The notes beneath the pieces were generated by a model. That model saw nothing but the letters and a program-made list of their open reading frames with translations, was not told where the DNA came from and did no database searches. This document shows positions 29,554-50,207 of a stretch of DNA of 64,000 bases, piece by piece. Location of the stretch: positions 62,001 to 126,000 of the forward strand of contig NIVC01001151.1 in the NCBI GenBank assembly GCA_002269645.1, in the 5' to 3' direction. The translations under genes and the position numbers were made by a program. Position 1 is the stretch's first letter; the number at the start of each line of letters is the position of its first letter. Source of the DNA: Macrostomum lignano (Eukaryota).

Positions 29554-31933
29554 ATGTCCATCGATCAGTTTCAATGCCCTACTAACGAGAATGTTAGCAA
29601 TACGACTCTGCGAACCCTTGGTGACAGCGTCCTGTTCGACGAGATCATGCTGAAAGAACTGGAGGCTAAGCAGCAGCTCGAAAGCCAGTCTGTTGAGTCT
29701 GAGCAGCTGCGCAACGTCGAAATCGAGGCGGCGGCTTCGAGGGTTCTGGCTCTGATCATGGACAGCTCGTTCAAGCGAAAATATGGACAGGACTTTGCCT
29801 ACCCAAAGTCCATCCACTGCTACCTGTTCACGCAGCAGCCGCGCAATCATACCTACGCTTTTGAGGCCTTTGCTGCGGTTGCCACGGTCACACCGAATGC
29901 GTTGAAGCGTAAAAAAGAGGAGATGATCTTTCATCCCATGTTTGAGAATGTTATCGAACGGTATACCAATTCACGAGCTAAGCCAAATCCCGTGCTCATG
30001 GAGACTCGAAACAGCGAATTCTGCTACCGGCTGTCCATCCTGGTTGAGGCTGTGCCCATCAGTGTTCAGGTGACTTCGGGCTCTCCATTCGTTTTAGAAT
30101 TTCTACCTTTAAAAAAGCTTTTTGCGACAGCTACTGCACTCCATTTTCGAGATAGTTCTAGAACCGACTATACTCAAGTCAAGACGTTTTTAGAACAGAC
30201 CAGTCCATCAAGACCTTTTTAGAACAGACCAGTCCACCACGATGTTTTTACAACAGAACACTCCATCAAGACGTTTTTTAGAACAGACCAGTCCATCAGG
30301 ACGTTTTTTAGAATAGACCCGTCCATCAAGACGTTTTTAGAACAAACCAGTCCATCAAGAGGTTTTTAGAACAGAGCAGTCCACCACGATGTTGTTACAA
30401 CAGACCCGTCCATCAAGACGTTTTTAGAACAAACCAGTCCATCAAGACGTTTTTACGAGTAGAACAGACCACTCCATCAAGAGGTTTTTAAACCTGCGAG
30501 GTACCATTCCATTATCAAGACGGTTTTATAGTCGTCAACTCCTATTGAAAAGCTTTCACACTATAATCACATTTAAATCAGTTGAAACTAAATTACGGCT
30601 CGTACATAAAGTATTTACTTAACCACACTAATTACGTTAGTCTGATAAATGCACTCTGATATTCCAACACCCGCATTCCCAGGCGTCTTTGGGATTCGGC
30701 ATGTCTAGCCTGCGACTAATTCGCCAATACGAGATCCTCTACTACATCTGGGAGACGTTCCGCCACGATCTCGAGGTCAAGAAGTGCTATTCAGACCAGC
30801 TAATCGGCATCCCCATGCCATTCGAGTTTGTCAACGTGTGCGGCAACGAGTACGACTTCGAATTCTCCGAGCACTCTATCAACTACTACGACATCCGGGG
30901 CGCCTACGTGCCAGTCAACAGCTCCAGGATACCCGGCGCCGGCAAGGGCAAACCGCTGGGCTCGTTTCTCAGCTACATGTCCATGGAGAAGCTGGGGCCC
31001 AGTCTGGCCTACATGGCCGACTTGTTAAAATCGCAAAGGAAATGGTTTAAAATGTCTACAGCGCTGAAACTGTTGGACCAAATCCTGTGCAGGCTGATGG
31101 TGCTGCACAGGTATGGCATCATCCTGGGAAACCTGGACTTTCGATACCTGAACTTTGGTGTACGCGAGGCCATCAATGTGCTCTACGTCAGCAGCTTCGA
31201 TTGCGCCGTTCAGGCGCCTACAACGCAACGACCGTTGAACTATTTCAACGAGCGCTTCGCCTCGATAGGAGCATTGAAAGGAGTGGCGCATTTTGTCAAT
31301 GACATTGAGACGGCTTTCTATCTGTTTCTGGCCATGCTGTCGCACCGGCTGCCCTGGGACCAGAAACTCCCAGTCAGTGAGACGCCGCTGACTGACCAGC
31401 AGACGCAGCAGCTTCAGCAGCCGCAATTCGACGGCTCCTGGGAAGTCGGCGGCAACACCAGGTATCAATCGACTCTTAGGACGCACCTAGACGAGAGGAC
31501 CAAGCTGTGGGACACCACCAGCTGGATAGACCGCATGCTGAACTCGTACACGCTCAGGAACCAGATGAAATCGCCAGCTCTTGAAGGCTTCGCTTTCGAC
31601 ATCATCCAAATGGTGTACCAGAAAACCAAGGAGGCCATCAGTTGCGCGTCGATTCCGCAGCAAGACTTCATGACCAACGTCATGACGCCGTCTACGACGG
31701 CAAACAACGCTTACATGGGCATTAGAAAGGTCATCGTGTCCTTCTTCCGTTTCGAAAGTCTCAGCAACAACCTTCGAGATGCCACCTGCCAGAACAAGGT
31801 GGACCAGCTGCTGGCCACTGAGCAGTCCGACGGCAGAGCACTGTGGGACCTCAACAACTGGTGCTGGAATATGTTCGAGACTTCATTCATGAGCAATGCT
31901 CGATCTTCAAGACGCAGCATCGTCAAGTTTTGA
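29554..31933 (+). CDS. Casein kinase 1-family pseudokinase; exons 29554-30069 and 30683-31933
   Basis: MEKLGPSL, F.MSTALKL.DQIL.RL..LH, RFASI.AL.G, D(I)E..FYL....L...LPW match the CK1 fold. HRD reads LGN and DFG reads SFD. Phase-0 GT-AG intron. Confidence 0.75.
30180..30480. repeat. ~29-bp degenerate minisatellite in the pseudokinase intron
   Basis: Repeated TTTTTAGAACAGACCAGTCCATCAAGACG. Confidence 0.85.
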
Positions 31934-32394
31934 TAATGGAATCGCTGGGAAGTCTTTTACTGCCTCTGAGATGGACGAGTATGTATATTCATACTTTCTG
32001 GTAGACTGTGTCGTTGTTAAAGATAATAACGTACCAACGTACTGTAAATACGTCAGCACAACTTCTGCAGATTGTCTTGAGAGTACAATTCAATGTGTCA
32101 ATTTTTCATTGTCAGCAATTCGCTGATTGAGGAAGCAACGAACAACAACGGTTCATGTTCGGTTTTCTTTTTTAAACTTGTTTTCGTACTCTGTATCCGC
32201 GTCTGTGTCTAGTGGTACCCGCACATGTAAGCTCGGTTTCGTGCTCGCATTGATTTTTTTAAATAAAGAAAATCAGCTGTATAACGTAAATATAAATACG
32301 AAAATAACTACGTCGACTAAAACACCTGCATACTGGACTCGCGGATAGCGAAAAAGAAGAAGTTAATCCATTTTCTCTTTTATTATTTAATGCC

Positions 32395-32455
32395 TACCCT
32401 ATCTGCCTGTCTGTCTGTCTGTCTTAGTGTCTGTCTGCCTGTCTGTCTGTCTACC

Positions 32456-32496
<41 letters not shown>

Positions 32497-32545
32497 TGTC
32501 TGTCTGTCTGTCTGTCTGTCTTGTCTGTCTGTCTGTCTGTCTGCC

Positions 32546-32639
<94 letters not shown>

Positions 32640-32731
32640 TGTCTGTCTGTCTGACTTAGTGTCTGTCTGCCTGTCTGTCTGTCTGTCTAAGTGTCTGTCT
32701 GCCTGCCTGTCTGTCTTAGTGTCTGTCTTAG

Positions 32732-32770
<39 letters not shown>

Positions 32771-32775
32771 GTCTG
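32395..32775. repeat. (CTGT)n microsatellite
   Basis: Directly visible. Confidence 0.97.
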
Positions 32776-32990
32776 AGTGTGTGTCCAACACTGGGCTTGG
32801 ACAGAGTGATGTCTATGGCCAAAATGCTCCACTTTCGCTGCAGCAAAGAGGAACAAATCAAGCATGACGTGAGTCGTGAGCATCTTGTGCAGTTTCCTGT
32901 GATGGACTACAGGAAATCAAAGTCAAATTTATTTATTTTTATACTATAGCTGAGCACACAAGCTCCGACAGCCAACAAATAAATCTTTAA

Positions 32991-35593
<2,603 letters not shown>

Positions 35594-35817
35594 GGCCCAT
35601 TGTAGAAAACCTGTCACGTTGATTTTTACTTAAAACTTTAAGTAAATAAATTGTTTTTGAAAAGTCAAAAGGAAGCAGCATGGCCTACTACTTTCAGTGG
35701 GATCTCATCTCGTCTATGTAAATATTTTTACTTAAGAAATATATTATATAATTATATTTCCTATGACGAGGAATGCTCATCTTGGAGTAGTACGTATAGC
35801 AAGTTAGCTTGATTATC

Positions 35818-37305
35818 TGACCTGCCATCAATGCTTTGCCACACCTGCCATCAGTGCTTTGCCACACCTGACATCAATGCTTTGCCACACCTGACATCAA
35901 TGCTTTGCCACACCTGCCATCAATGCTTTGCCACACCTGACATCAGTGCTTTGCCACACCTGCCATCAGTGCTTTGCCACACCTGACATCAATGCTTTGC
36001 CACACCTGACATCAATGCTTTGCCACACCTGACATCAATGCTTTGCCACACCTGCCATCAATGCTTTGCCACACCTGACATCAGTGCTTTGCCACACCTG
36101 CCATCAGTGCTTTGCCACACCTGACATCAATGCTTTGCCACACCTGCCATCAATGCTTTGCCACACCTGCCATCAATGCTTTGCCACACCTGACATCAAT
36201 GCTTTGCCACACCTGCCATCAATGCTTTGCCACACCTGACATCAGTGCTTTGCCACACCTGCCATCAATGCTTTGCCACACCTGACATCAGTGCTTTGCC
36301 ACACCTGCCATCAGTGCTTTGCCACACCTGCCATCAGTGCTTTGCCACACCTGCCATCAATGCTTTGCCACACCTGACATCAGTGCTTTGCCACACCTGA
36401 CATCAGTGCTTTGTCACACCTGCCATCAATGCTTTGCCACACCTGACATCAGTGCTTTGCCACACCTGACATCAATGCTTTGCCACACCTGACATCAGTG
36501 CTTTGCCACACCTGCCATCAATGCTTTGCCACACCTGACATCAATGCTTTGCCACACCTGACATCAATGCTTTGCCACACCTGCCATCAATGCTTTGCCA
36601 CACCTGCCATCAATGCTTTGCCACATCTGCCATCAATGCTTTGCCACACCTGACATCAATGCTTTGCCACACCTGACATCAATGCTTTGCCACATCTGCC
36701 ATCAATGCTTTGCCACACCTGCCATCAATGCTTTGCCACACCTGACATCAATGCTTTGCCACACCTGACATCAATGCTTTGCCACATCTGCCATCAATGC
36801 TTTGCCACACCTGACATCAATGCTTTGCCACACCTGACATCAGTGCTTTGCCACATCTGCCATCAATGCTTTGCCACACCTGCCATCAATGCTTTGCCAC
36901 ACCTGAGGTCAATTCTTTGCCACACCTGACATCAGTGCTTTGCCACACCTGCCATCAATGCTTTGCCACACCTGCCATCAATGCTTTGCCACACCTGAGG
37001 TCAATTCTTTGCCACACCTGCCATCAATGCTTTGCCACACCTGCCATCAATGCTTTGCCACACCTGAGGTCAATTCTTTGCCACACCTGACATCAGTGCT
37101 TTGCCACACCTGAGGTCAATTCTTTGCCACACCTGACATCAGTGCTTTGCCACACCTGCCATCAATGCTTTGCCACACCTGAGGTCAATTCTTTGCCACA
37201 CCTGACATCAGTGCTTTGCCACACCTGAGGTCAATTCTTTGCCACACCTGACATCAATGCTTTGCCACACCTGAGGTCAATTCTTTGCCACACCTGACAT
37301 CAATA
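35818..37305. repeat. 23-bp minisatellite (ACCTGMCATCARTGCTTTGCCAC)n
   Basis: About 64 units. A variant unit GAGGTCAATTC is confined to the 3' third. Confidence 0.96.
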
Positions 37306-37675
37306 AACTATGAAATGCTATGCAAATATATAGCGAAATGATTCACCGAGTTTTGCTATTCGAGAGCTCTAAAGACAATTAAATAGGTAAGATGCAGACT
37401 CGCCTGCCTCGCCACCCTTTGGAGGCTTCAAGCATAAAGGGTTAGGGTAGATTTCGAACATTTTCTTTGCACACAAGCAGAGCTCCAGTTGTTAAGCACG
37501 AAAGAAGAAATGAGGTGGCGAGTAAGGCAGAGCAAGAAGTCTAGAGCAGTTGAGCAATGTACATTGAGTGCAATGCCACGCATATAAAGCATTCCTCTAT
37601 ACTACTATACTAAAAAAGGCCTTTTGACAATCATCTTGCATCTTTAGAAGCAAAAAGGCGCCAAACAGGAAACAC

Positions 37676-40600
37676 ATGGACTCGCACTTTCTGCACGAGT
37701 TCACTCACGCGGCCGAGTCGCACGGCGTTTACGCCGAGGACTTCGCCGATCGGCTGTGCTCGAAGTACACCTGCATCGGCCTCTTGTTCCTCGCTAGTGT
37801 CGGCGTTATGCGCCAGTACGTCTTCAAGCCGATCCAGTGCTGGGTGCCCGCCGAATGGCCTCGGCCTTGGGAAGAGTTCGCCGAGAACTACTGCTGGGTG
37901 CAGAACACCTACAGGGTGGCGTTGCGGGAGCCGAGCTATCCTGAGGCCAGGGAGAGGGGTGGGCTGGAGATTGGTGAGATGTGCTCTGTAGTCTCACTGC
38001 TCATGTCTGATGAATGTGTCTTAGCAATGACTGCTCATGTCTGATGAATGTGTCTTAGCAATTACTGCTCATGTCTGATGAATGTGTCTTAGCAATGACT
38101 GCTCATGCCTGGTGAATGTGTCTTAGCAATGACTGCTCATGTCTGGTGAGTGTGTATTAGTAATGACTGCTCTTGTCTGATGAGAGTCTTAGTAATGACT
38201 GCTCATGTCTGATGAATGTGTCTTAGCAATGACTGCTCATGCCTGATGAATGTGTCTTAGCAATGACTGCTCATGTCTGATGAATGTGTCTTAGCAATGA
38301 CTGCTCATGTCTGATGAATGTGTCTTAGCAATGACTGCTCATGCCTGGTGAATGTGTCTTAGCAATGACTGCTCATGTCTGGTGAGTGTGTATTAGTAAT
38401 GGCTGCTCATGTCTGATGAATGTGTCTTAGCAATGACTGCTCATGTCTGATGAATGTGTCTTAGCAATGACTGCTCATGCCTGATGAATGTGTCTTAGCA
38501 ATGACTGCTCATGTCTGGTGAGTGTGTATTAGCAATGACTGCTCATGCCTGATGAATGTTTATTAGCAATGACTGCTCATGTCTGATGAATGTTTATTAG
38601 CAATGACTGCTCATGTCTGATGAATGTTTATTAGCAATGACTGCTCATGTCTGATGATAGTCTTAGAAATGACTGCTCATGTCTGATGAATGTGTCTTAG
38701 CAATGACTGCTCATGCCTGATGAATGTGTCTTAGCAATGACTGCTCATGTCTGATGAATGTTTATTAGCAATGACTGCTCATGTCTGATGAATGTTTATT
38801 AGCAATGACTGCTCATGTCTGATGAATGTTTATTAGCAATGACTGTTCATGCCTGATCAATGAGTCTTAGTAATGACTGCTCATGTCTGATGAATGTGTC
38901 TTAGCGATGACTGCCGATCATATCTGAGGAGTGTTTTTCACATCGCAGCTTCTCCATCTCAGTCAACCCGAACCCCATCCGCTCGCACTCAGGCTATTAC
39001 CAGTGGGTGCCCATCGTGTTGCTGGCGCAGGCCCTGCTGTCCATGGCCCCGCACCAGCTCTGGCTGTTGGCCTCCCGCCGTCTGGCCGGCTTCGACCCGC
39101 ACTCGGTTCTCCGCTTTGCCCGAGAAGTTGAGCACGCGGGCAACAAGGACACAAGCAAACGGTTGCTCACCTATGCTGCCTGGCACTTGGCCTGGGGCGC
39201 GAGGCTTTCCGGCCGAACCTACGACCCGGATGGCGCACTGCTGACTGACGACAAGCCGAACAAGCTGCAAGCGGAGCGGCAGCAACAGCAGAAACCACAA
39301 GGCCGAAGAAGCTGCTCCGAGGCAGTGAGACAGAGCGGCTGCCTGCTGTTCATTCTGTACCTGCTCAACAAACTGGTGTGCGCTGGAACTGCCGCTGGGC
39401 AGGTATAAATTAGCTTTCTGTCAACACTTGTATTAGCTGCCCTTTGATGGGCCGCAGGGAGCTTCTCACAAGCTAGATTCCGTAGACTCCTGACTGAGCA
39501 CATAGAGGAAAGCTAGCACGCATTCAGTGCGGTGCTCACACAGGGTACACAGCGACTGCCCTGACTTTCTAATCTCGTCAGATCTTTCACCAGACAACTA
39601 TCACCCTCTTATAATTGTGTCATGCCGGTGCTTTAACACAATTGATTTGTTGTGTTCCAGATTTGATTGATTGATTAGCAAAATAGTTGAAGCTGATACA
39701 TGTACAGCACAAGGACTACTTAAGCAGAAGCTGGACGGGAGGCCTTGTTTCTTGGAAGTTTTTAGAAGCAGGTTTTTCCGAAAAAAGCATTACAGAGACA
39801 GGTTTTAATTTTTCAGCACAAAAATTGCTGTTGCTTTTGATAGGAGGCAGATCCAGTGTTCATCTTTTGATATGTTGTTCCTTTTTATTTCTCAATCGAT
39901 ATTTATAAAGCTTTGCGTTTAGAAAATTAGGATTTTATGTTATATTTTCTATGTTCAATTGCACATGTCCTGTGTCTAAAAACTATTAAAAAGGCGGGGC
40001 TCAGCTCATTGGTTTTATAAATCCATTTTATTATTCTTAGCTGACTGTGTAACAATATGTGCAACAGGGATGGTATAATAGATTCATAAAACCAAAGTCG
40101 AGCTGTGCCATGCATTGTTATGATTCTTAGGTACAGGAAATGTACGGAGAATTAAAAATTAACATTATATTCTAGAATCCTAATTTTCTAAACTATAAAA
40201 AGCTCTAAAAAACTAAAAACAGTTGTCTAAACATTGGGTCTGCCTCCTGTCGAAAGCAATTAACAATTTTTGTGCTGAAAAATGAAAGCTTTCATCTCCG
40301 TAGTGTATTTTTTCGGAAACCTGCCTTCTACAATTTTTCCAGGAAACGAGGTTCCCCTCTTTCTACTTGAGTAGCCCTTGGAACAGCATCGCTCACTACT
40401 AATAATAAGCATGATCTTATTGTCGAATTCGTCCCGGGCAGGTGTTCCTCCTGCAGAGCTACCTGGGTTTCGCCAGTCCGCTGTTCGGCTGGCAGTGCGC
40501 CAGCAACCTGCTCAGGGGCGGCACCTGGGAGCTGACCGGGGTGTTTCCCAGGCTGACATTCTGCGACCTGCCACTGCGGCATGTTGGTCAGTTTAACCTG

Positions 40601-41110
40601 CGCTCGGTCCAGTGCGTCCTGGCGTCCAACATGATGAACGAGAAAATCTTTGTCTTCCTGTGGTTCTGGTTCGCAGTCTGCTGCTTGACCAGCCTGATGT
40701 ACACCATCAGCTGGATGGCGCAGCTGCTGCCACCGACGGAGCGGACCAGACTGGTTCGCCGCTACCTCAGCCTGCAAGCGAGGCGCGGTCACGGACAACA
40801 AAGACCAGCGGCCAATGGACGGGAAGATGTCTACAAAGCGTCCAGACAGCTGACTGACTTGCTGCGTCTGGACGGCGTCCTGCTGCTGCAGATGGTGGCC
40901 GACAATGTCGACTGTCTGTGCGCTGCCCAGCTGGCCGGCCGGCTGCGAGACCAGAGAGATCGCACCTTCGACACGAACGACTACTGCTCCGAAGACGACG
41001 ACCTCCAGCTGCGGCCGTTGATCAACGATGGAATCAGCAGCGAAGGATCTTCGGGCGACGGGTTGCGACAAAAAGTGCTGACGACAGAGCTGAAGATATC
41101 ATCGGTCTGA
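37676..41110 (+). CDS. Innexin (458 aa); exons 37676-37973, 38993-39402, 40442-41110
   Basis: PIQCW, ENYCW, GYYQWVP, FPRLTFCD and QCVLASNMMNEKIFVFLWFWF innexin signatures. Intron phases are consistent. Confidence 0.95.
37995..38905. repeat. 34-bp minisatellite in innexin intron 1
   Basis: (GCAATGACTGCTCATGTCTGATGAATGTGTCTTA)n. Confidence 0.95.
39710..40380. mobile_element. MITE with long TIRs (CAAGG family, copy 2) in innexin intron 2
   Basis: Ends CAAGGACTACT / AGTAGCCCTTG. Flanks GTACAGCA / GAACAGCA (7 of 8 match). Homologous to 9508-10135. Confidence 0.85.
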
Positions 41111-41204
41111 CAGCTCGAATGCAGATTGGCTTACCTTGGGTTTTACTCAGTATTCCTCTCTGCTGTCTGCACTGACATCCTTTTGAAGGCCGATTTCTGG
41201 ATTC

Positions 41205-41940
41205 AATAGAATCGCCCCTATAACCATCTATACAATCGCCCCTATAACCATCTATAGAATCCCCCTTTACCCATCTATAGAATCTCCCCTATACCCATCT
41301 ATAGAATCGCCCCTATAACCATCTATAGAATCCCCCCTATACCCATCTATAGAATCCCCCCTATAACCATCTATAGAATCCCCCCTATAACCATCTATAG
41401 AATCCCCCCTATAACCATCTATAGAATCCCCCCTATAACCATCTATAGAATCGCCCCTATAACCATCTATAGAATCCCCCCTATAACTATCTATAGAATC
41501 CCCCCTATAACCATCTATAGAATCGCCCCTATAACTATCTATGGAATCGCCCCTATAACCATCTATAGAATCCCCCCTATACCCATCTATAGAATCCCCC
41601 CTATACCTATCTATAGAATCGCCCCTATAACCATCTATAGAATCGCCCCTATAACTATCTATAGAATCGCCCCTATAACTATCTATAGAATCGCCCCTAT
41701 AACCATCTACAGAATCGCCCCTATAACCATCTACAGAATCGCCCCTATAACCATCTATAGAGTCGCCCCTCTAACCATCTATAGAATCGCCCCTATAGCC
41801 ATCTATAGAATCCCCCCCTATAACCATCTACAGAATCGCCCCTATAACCATCTATAGAATCGCCCCTATAACCATCTACAGAATCGCCCCTATAGCCATC
41901 TACAGAATCGCCCCTATAGCCATCTATAGAATCGCCCCTT
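41205..41940. repeat. 24-bp minisatellite (ATAACCATCTATAGAATCSCCCCT)n
   Basis: Tandem units between the converging innexin and PRP4 kinase 3' ends. Confidence 0.95.
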
Positions 41941-42416
41941 ATCAACCCAGAATAAGCCTTATTATTTTTAAGGAACGAACGACTGCTAAATATTATTTTC
42001 TATAAGCAGAGATTTGTTAATTATTTTCGTAACTTAGCATAACTGTACCAGGATTTTGATCTTCAAAAATCCTTTAAAAAGTCGAAAATTCTACAAAAAA
42101 TGAAGTGGATAAAGCTCAAGACAACCAGGTATTGCATGTACAGTCGGCTCAATAAGCCAATTGAAATGTAGGAAAATTTTGGCCTTTTCCGCTTCAAAAA
42201 GCCATGTTTAAAAATACACGCTATGCCTTGTTTATTTTTATTATTAATATTAATATAATCGACTGGTGTACTTTATCAAATTTTATTTACAATCAAATAG
42301 CGCGCGTCAAACGGGATTAATAACAATATTTTGTTTATGCGCAAAGAAACTCATTTTTTTAATTGAACTGTTATTTCTACTCATCAGTAAGTAGTCAGAG
42401 CAGCGCACGTCAATCA

Positions 42417-46437
<4,021 letters not shown>

Positions 46438-46864
46438 TTATGTAATTAAAATATAGAGCTTGGTTTGTTTGACAACAAAATCCACCTGCAGATATGAAAT
46501 AATAATGGAATAAGCTAAGTTAGTATATTTGCCTATTATGGTGCACACAACTCACGAATGCATAGCTGCCACACAGGCTGTGTAGAGGCTGCCGACCAAC
46601 TGCAACTGCGTTTGGAGAGAGAGAGAAAACAAATAATAGCAGAGATGGGACTTAATAATATGGTTTCCATCTTATTCAATATTAATATATCATAAAGGCT
46701 ATGGTCAAATTTTCAACTACTTGAGCACAATATTCTTGCCTCTGACATAAAACAAAGACTCAATATATAGATATATATTTGGGCTTTGTGATACTCATAC
46801 AAGTATAAAGTTATATTATGTCAAAATAAGTTGCTATGCTTCATTAATAAATAATAAGCATAAA

Positions 46865-47137
46865 CATACATGCGCAACCTCCAAAATTCAGTTGGCCATG
46901 CGACTTAGTGTTAACAAAAATGCAACTTACATGTAAAAGAAACCCTAAAGCAAAATTAACACAACTTTGGGTAAACAACAGGAGTAACTATAACTGTCTT
47001 ATTAAGCCAAAATACCTCATTATCTACTTAGTACTACTTGGGTATTTATTCGGGTGGGCATTTTTGTGACTTACTTTGGTTGGCTGCCAAATTGGTTGGC
47101 CAGATTGGCCGATTCAGCTGACTATTGTGCATGTATG
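46865..47137. mobile_element. CATAC-terminated MITE, copy 1 (older)
   Basis: Homologous to 51798-52083. Flanks AGCATAAA / AGCATGAG form a degraded TSD. Confidence 0.8.
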
Positions 47138-49293
47138 AGCATGAGTTTATTAGCCTAGTTTGATAATCACTTAGTTCAATTGCTTACTATATTAAAACTC
47201 TAGCAAACTACTTTAAAGTGAAGCAGCTTCTGTAACTAAATAAATATGGAAAACCAAATGTCTTGGGGGTTCAATTCTTGATCTCACTTGTAACAATTTA
47301 TGTCTTTAAGCAAAATAACTTATAAGGTCTAATAAGGTATATGGCAACCCACCAATCTTTGGACTAAATAGCTATATACAGCTTTCAAATATGCTGTACA
47401 ATAGCTGCAGCTAAGCTATCAGTTGCATATCTAGCCTAATTTGGGCAGGTGAAAATCAAAATCAAATATCTTAATTAAAAGACAGTTTTTTCAAGACTCA
47501 TATTAATAAATATATAGCTTTGGCTATATGACACAATAATATATAATTATTATTGTTTTATATAAACTTAGTTGATATATATACTTATATAAATATAAAT
47601 AAATAAATATATATGTATAGTATATTAAATAATAATAATATACAATATTAATAATAACAAGAATAATAATATTATATATATATAACATATAAATGAATAT
47701 TTTAAGACAATAAATAAGATTTGTATAAGAAAAAAGAAACCTTTTGTGTCCCAGAATTATTTTAAATAAAACAAGAGACATTTCAAAATAAAAAACATGT
47801 CAGCTTAAGAAATGAATAGTTTAGGCCTAGTTATTTAAGTTAAAGTAAATATTAGTTATTACTAGGGCAAAGGAGCATTTTTCTTAGATTAAGGATTACT
47901 TTAACTTAATTTTGGCATCTAATTCTAGTAGCACCACCATAATTTTTTGAGAAGGTAGATTTTGAAGGGTAAAGGCCCAAAAGGAAGTAGAGAGAGAGCA
48001 ACTATTTTTGGCAAAAGTTCATTTGGCCCCTTTGATTTTTTGGCCTCTGCCTAAGAGGGAGGATAATTGCTTTCCCTTGGTTTCTAGTTCATTCATCTAT
48101 TGATAGTTTGTCTACTATAATGAGTAGACAAAATGTCTTTTTCTTTTAAAAACTCTTTGTCTGCTAGGAAATAGGGCTAGGGTCATAGGGATAAAGAGTT
48201 TTAACATTGTTAAAGTGCTGCAAGGGTCTTCTATCATTTTAACAAACTATTTTAAAATATATACCTATAATAAGAAAGCTAAAATAGTAATAATAAAACA
48301 AAAACAATTCAAACTTTGCTAAAAATAAAAAGTATCAATAAGTATCAATAAAAATAAGTATCATATAAATATTTATCCTTTAATTGTACACTTTGTAGAT
48401 AACTATCATAATATCAAATAACTTTTTGTGATTTTTTAGGCCTAAGTCCATAGTCAGGATGATGTACATTATGCCAGAAATTTCTAGCGTACAATTGAAA
48501 ATTTTACTTTTTTGCCATAGAATTGGCATAAAAAATGAGGCAAAATATATTTGGTGTACCTTTTGGCATGATGCTGTGGCGTAAATATGCCAAGCAGCGT
48601 ATGCCAACTCCAACCTTCATGCCAAAGTTAATATTAACAATTGTTGGCATAACGCTGTAACCTCAGAATCTTATTATAAAATCATAAAAACTGTAAAACT
48701 CATTAGATGAAAGTTTATAATTATTCGTGATTTATAAAATTTAAAATTCCATGTGAACTAATCATGAATTTTATTAAAAAAACTTAAACAAAAAATTGAT
48801 TTTTGTTGGCATTATCTATAAGCTAATTTACTTTAAATGAAAACCAATAGTATGGATCATGCTAAGTGCACGCGAGAAATGACCCAAAGCTAATTCCCAA
48901 AAGCATGCCAACGACAAACGAATGCACGCCGATGCATGCCGATAAATTAAAATTCAAATTGAAGACAAAAAATGTATTTTAAATTGCATTGTGTAAAACA
49001 AAGCAACAAACGATGTACAAAAGAAATGATATATCTTTAAAAACGTGTATTTCTTATGGGTATTTTGTTGTACTTTTTATTTGCAACTCAGTTTGTCATA
49101 AATTACCATAGACTAATTTCCTTTTACAGTTCTTTCTCGCAGTTAAGTTTCTCACCCCAAGCCCTCTCGTCTTTAACTCATAAAATATATTCCAATTCAA
49201 ATCTAAGTTAGGTTGTAGTTTCACTACAAATTGGTCCGGTGAGGCGGCGAAAGATATTACTCGCATACTCAATACTCACAGAAGACAAATCCA

Positions 49294-50184
49294 ATGACGG
49301 ACAGTGCAAGCAACAATTCCGCTCCTACACCACCTACAACCACGCAAGCCGCACCAGTGGTTACACATGCAGTAGGAAATGCCGCCGACACTGCTTCAGT
49401 CTCCCTAGCCCACCTGAAGCTGCCAATCTTCTATTGCAACAACCCGGAAGCATGGTTTCTCACGCTGGAGGCCCAGTTTATGCTCAACAGGGTGACCAAC
49501 GAGACCGCCAAATTTTACCACCTAGTCTCTCATCTACCGGAGGATATCGCGGCTCTGCACTTGTCCGCTCAGACTCCAAAACAGTATGAACAACTGAAAA
49601 CAGCGATTACATCGACTCTGCAAAAGTCCAAGCAGGAGAAGGTTTCGGAAGTATTGCAAGTCTCGGACCTTGGAGGAGACAAGCCATCAATCTTCATGCG
49701 CAAACTCCGGAGCAAGATGGAGCAGTGCCAGATACAGCCCGACGAGGAACTCCTCAAGGCCACTCTGATGCGCTGTCTTCCACAGGACCTTCGTATTGCA
49801 CTGTCGGGATTCCAACAGCAGTCATCCCAGCAAATTTCCGAGATTGCTGACTCGATGTTGGTCGTCAGAGGCCTTAGCTCTCCATCGCCAGCGACAGTTT
49901 GCCCAATTCAGCAGGCCGGTGCAGATCGGACACCCCAACAGCGCTTTGAGCAAGCTCCACACCAACAAGCACCTGGTAAGCCCACTGGAACAGACCCATT
50001 TAAGCCTGGCCAACACCCCGTCATTTGCCGCTCACACCTCTACTATGGCCGCCGTGCTCGGTCGTGTCGCCCGTGGTGCCAGTTTCCCAAGGACAGCTTG
50101 TGTCCGATCCGAGTGCTGCATCCCAATGAAAAAACGCCATCTCAGTCGCATTCATCATCACCTTCTCGACAGCCGGAAAACTAA
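49294..50184 (+). CDS. gag: Gypsy Gag
   Basis: LKLPIF...PEAWFLTLEAQF N-terminus and C..H.YYG..A.SC..WC knuckle-like motif. Intact 296 aa. Confidence 0.85.
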   Translation: MTDSASNNSAPTPPTTTQAAPVVTHAVGNAADTASVSLAHLKLPIFYCNNPEAWFLTLEAQFMLNRVTNETAKFYHLVSHLPEDIAALHLSAQTPKQYEQLKTAITSTLQKSKQEKVSEVLQVSDLGGDKPSIFMRKLRSKMEQCQIQPDEELLKATLMRCLPQDLRIALSGFQQQSSQQISEIADSMLVVRGLSSPSPATVCPIQQAGADRTPQQRFEQAPHQQAPGKPTGTDPFKPGQHPVICRSHLYYGRRARSCRPWCQFPKDSLCPIRVLHPNEKTPSQSHSSSPSRQPEN

Positions 50185-50207
50185 GTCGCACTGCGACCAA
50201 GATCGCG

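Noticed and set aside
35818-37305. CRISPR-like array (also considered for the other minisatellites)
   Set aside because: No unique spacers, no cas genes, and a eukaryotic context.
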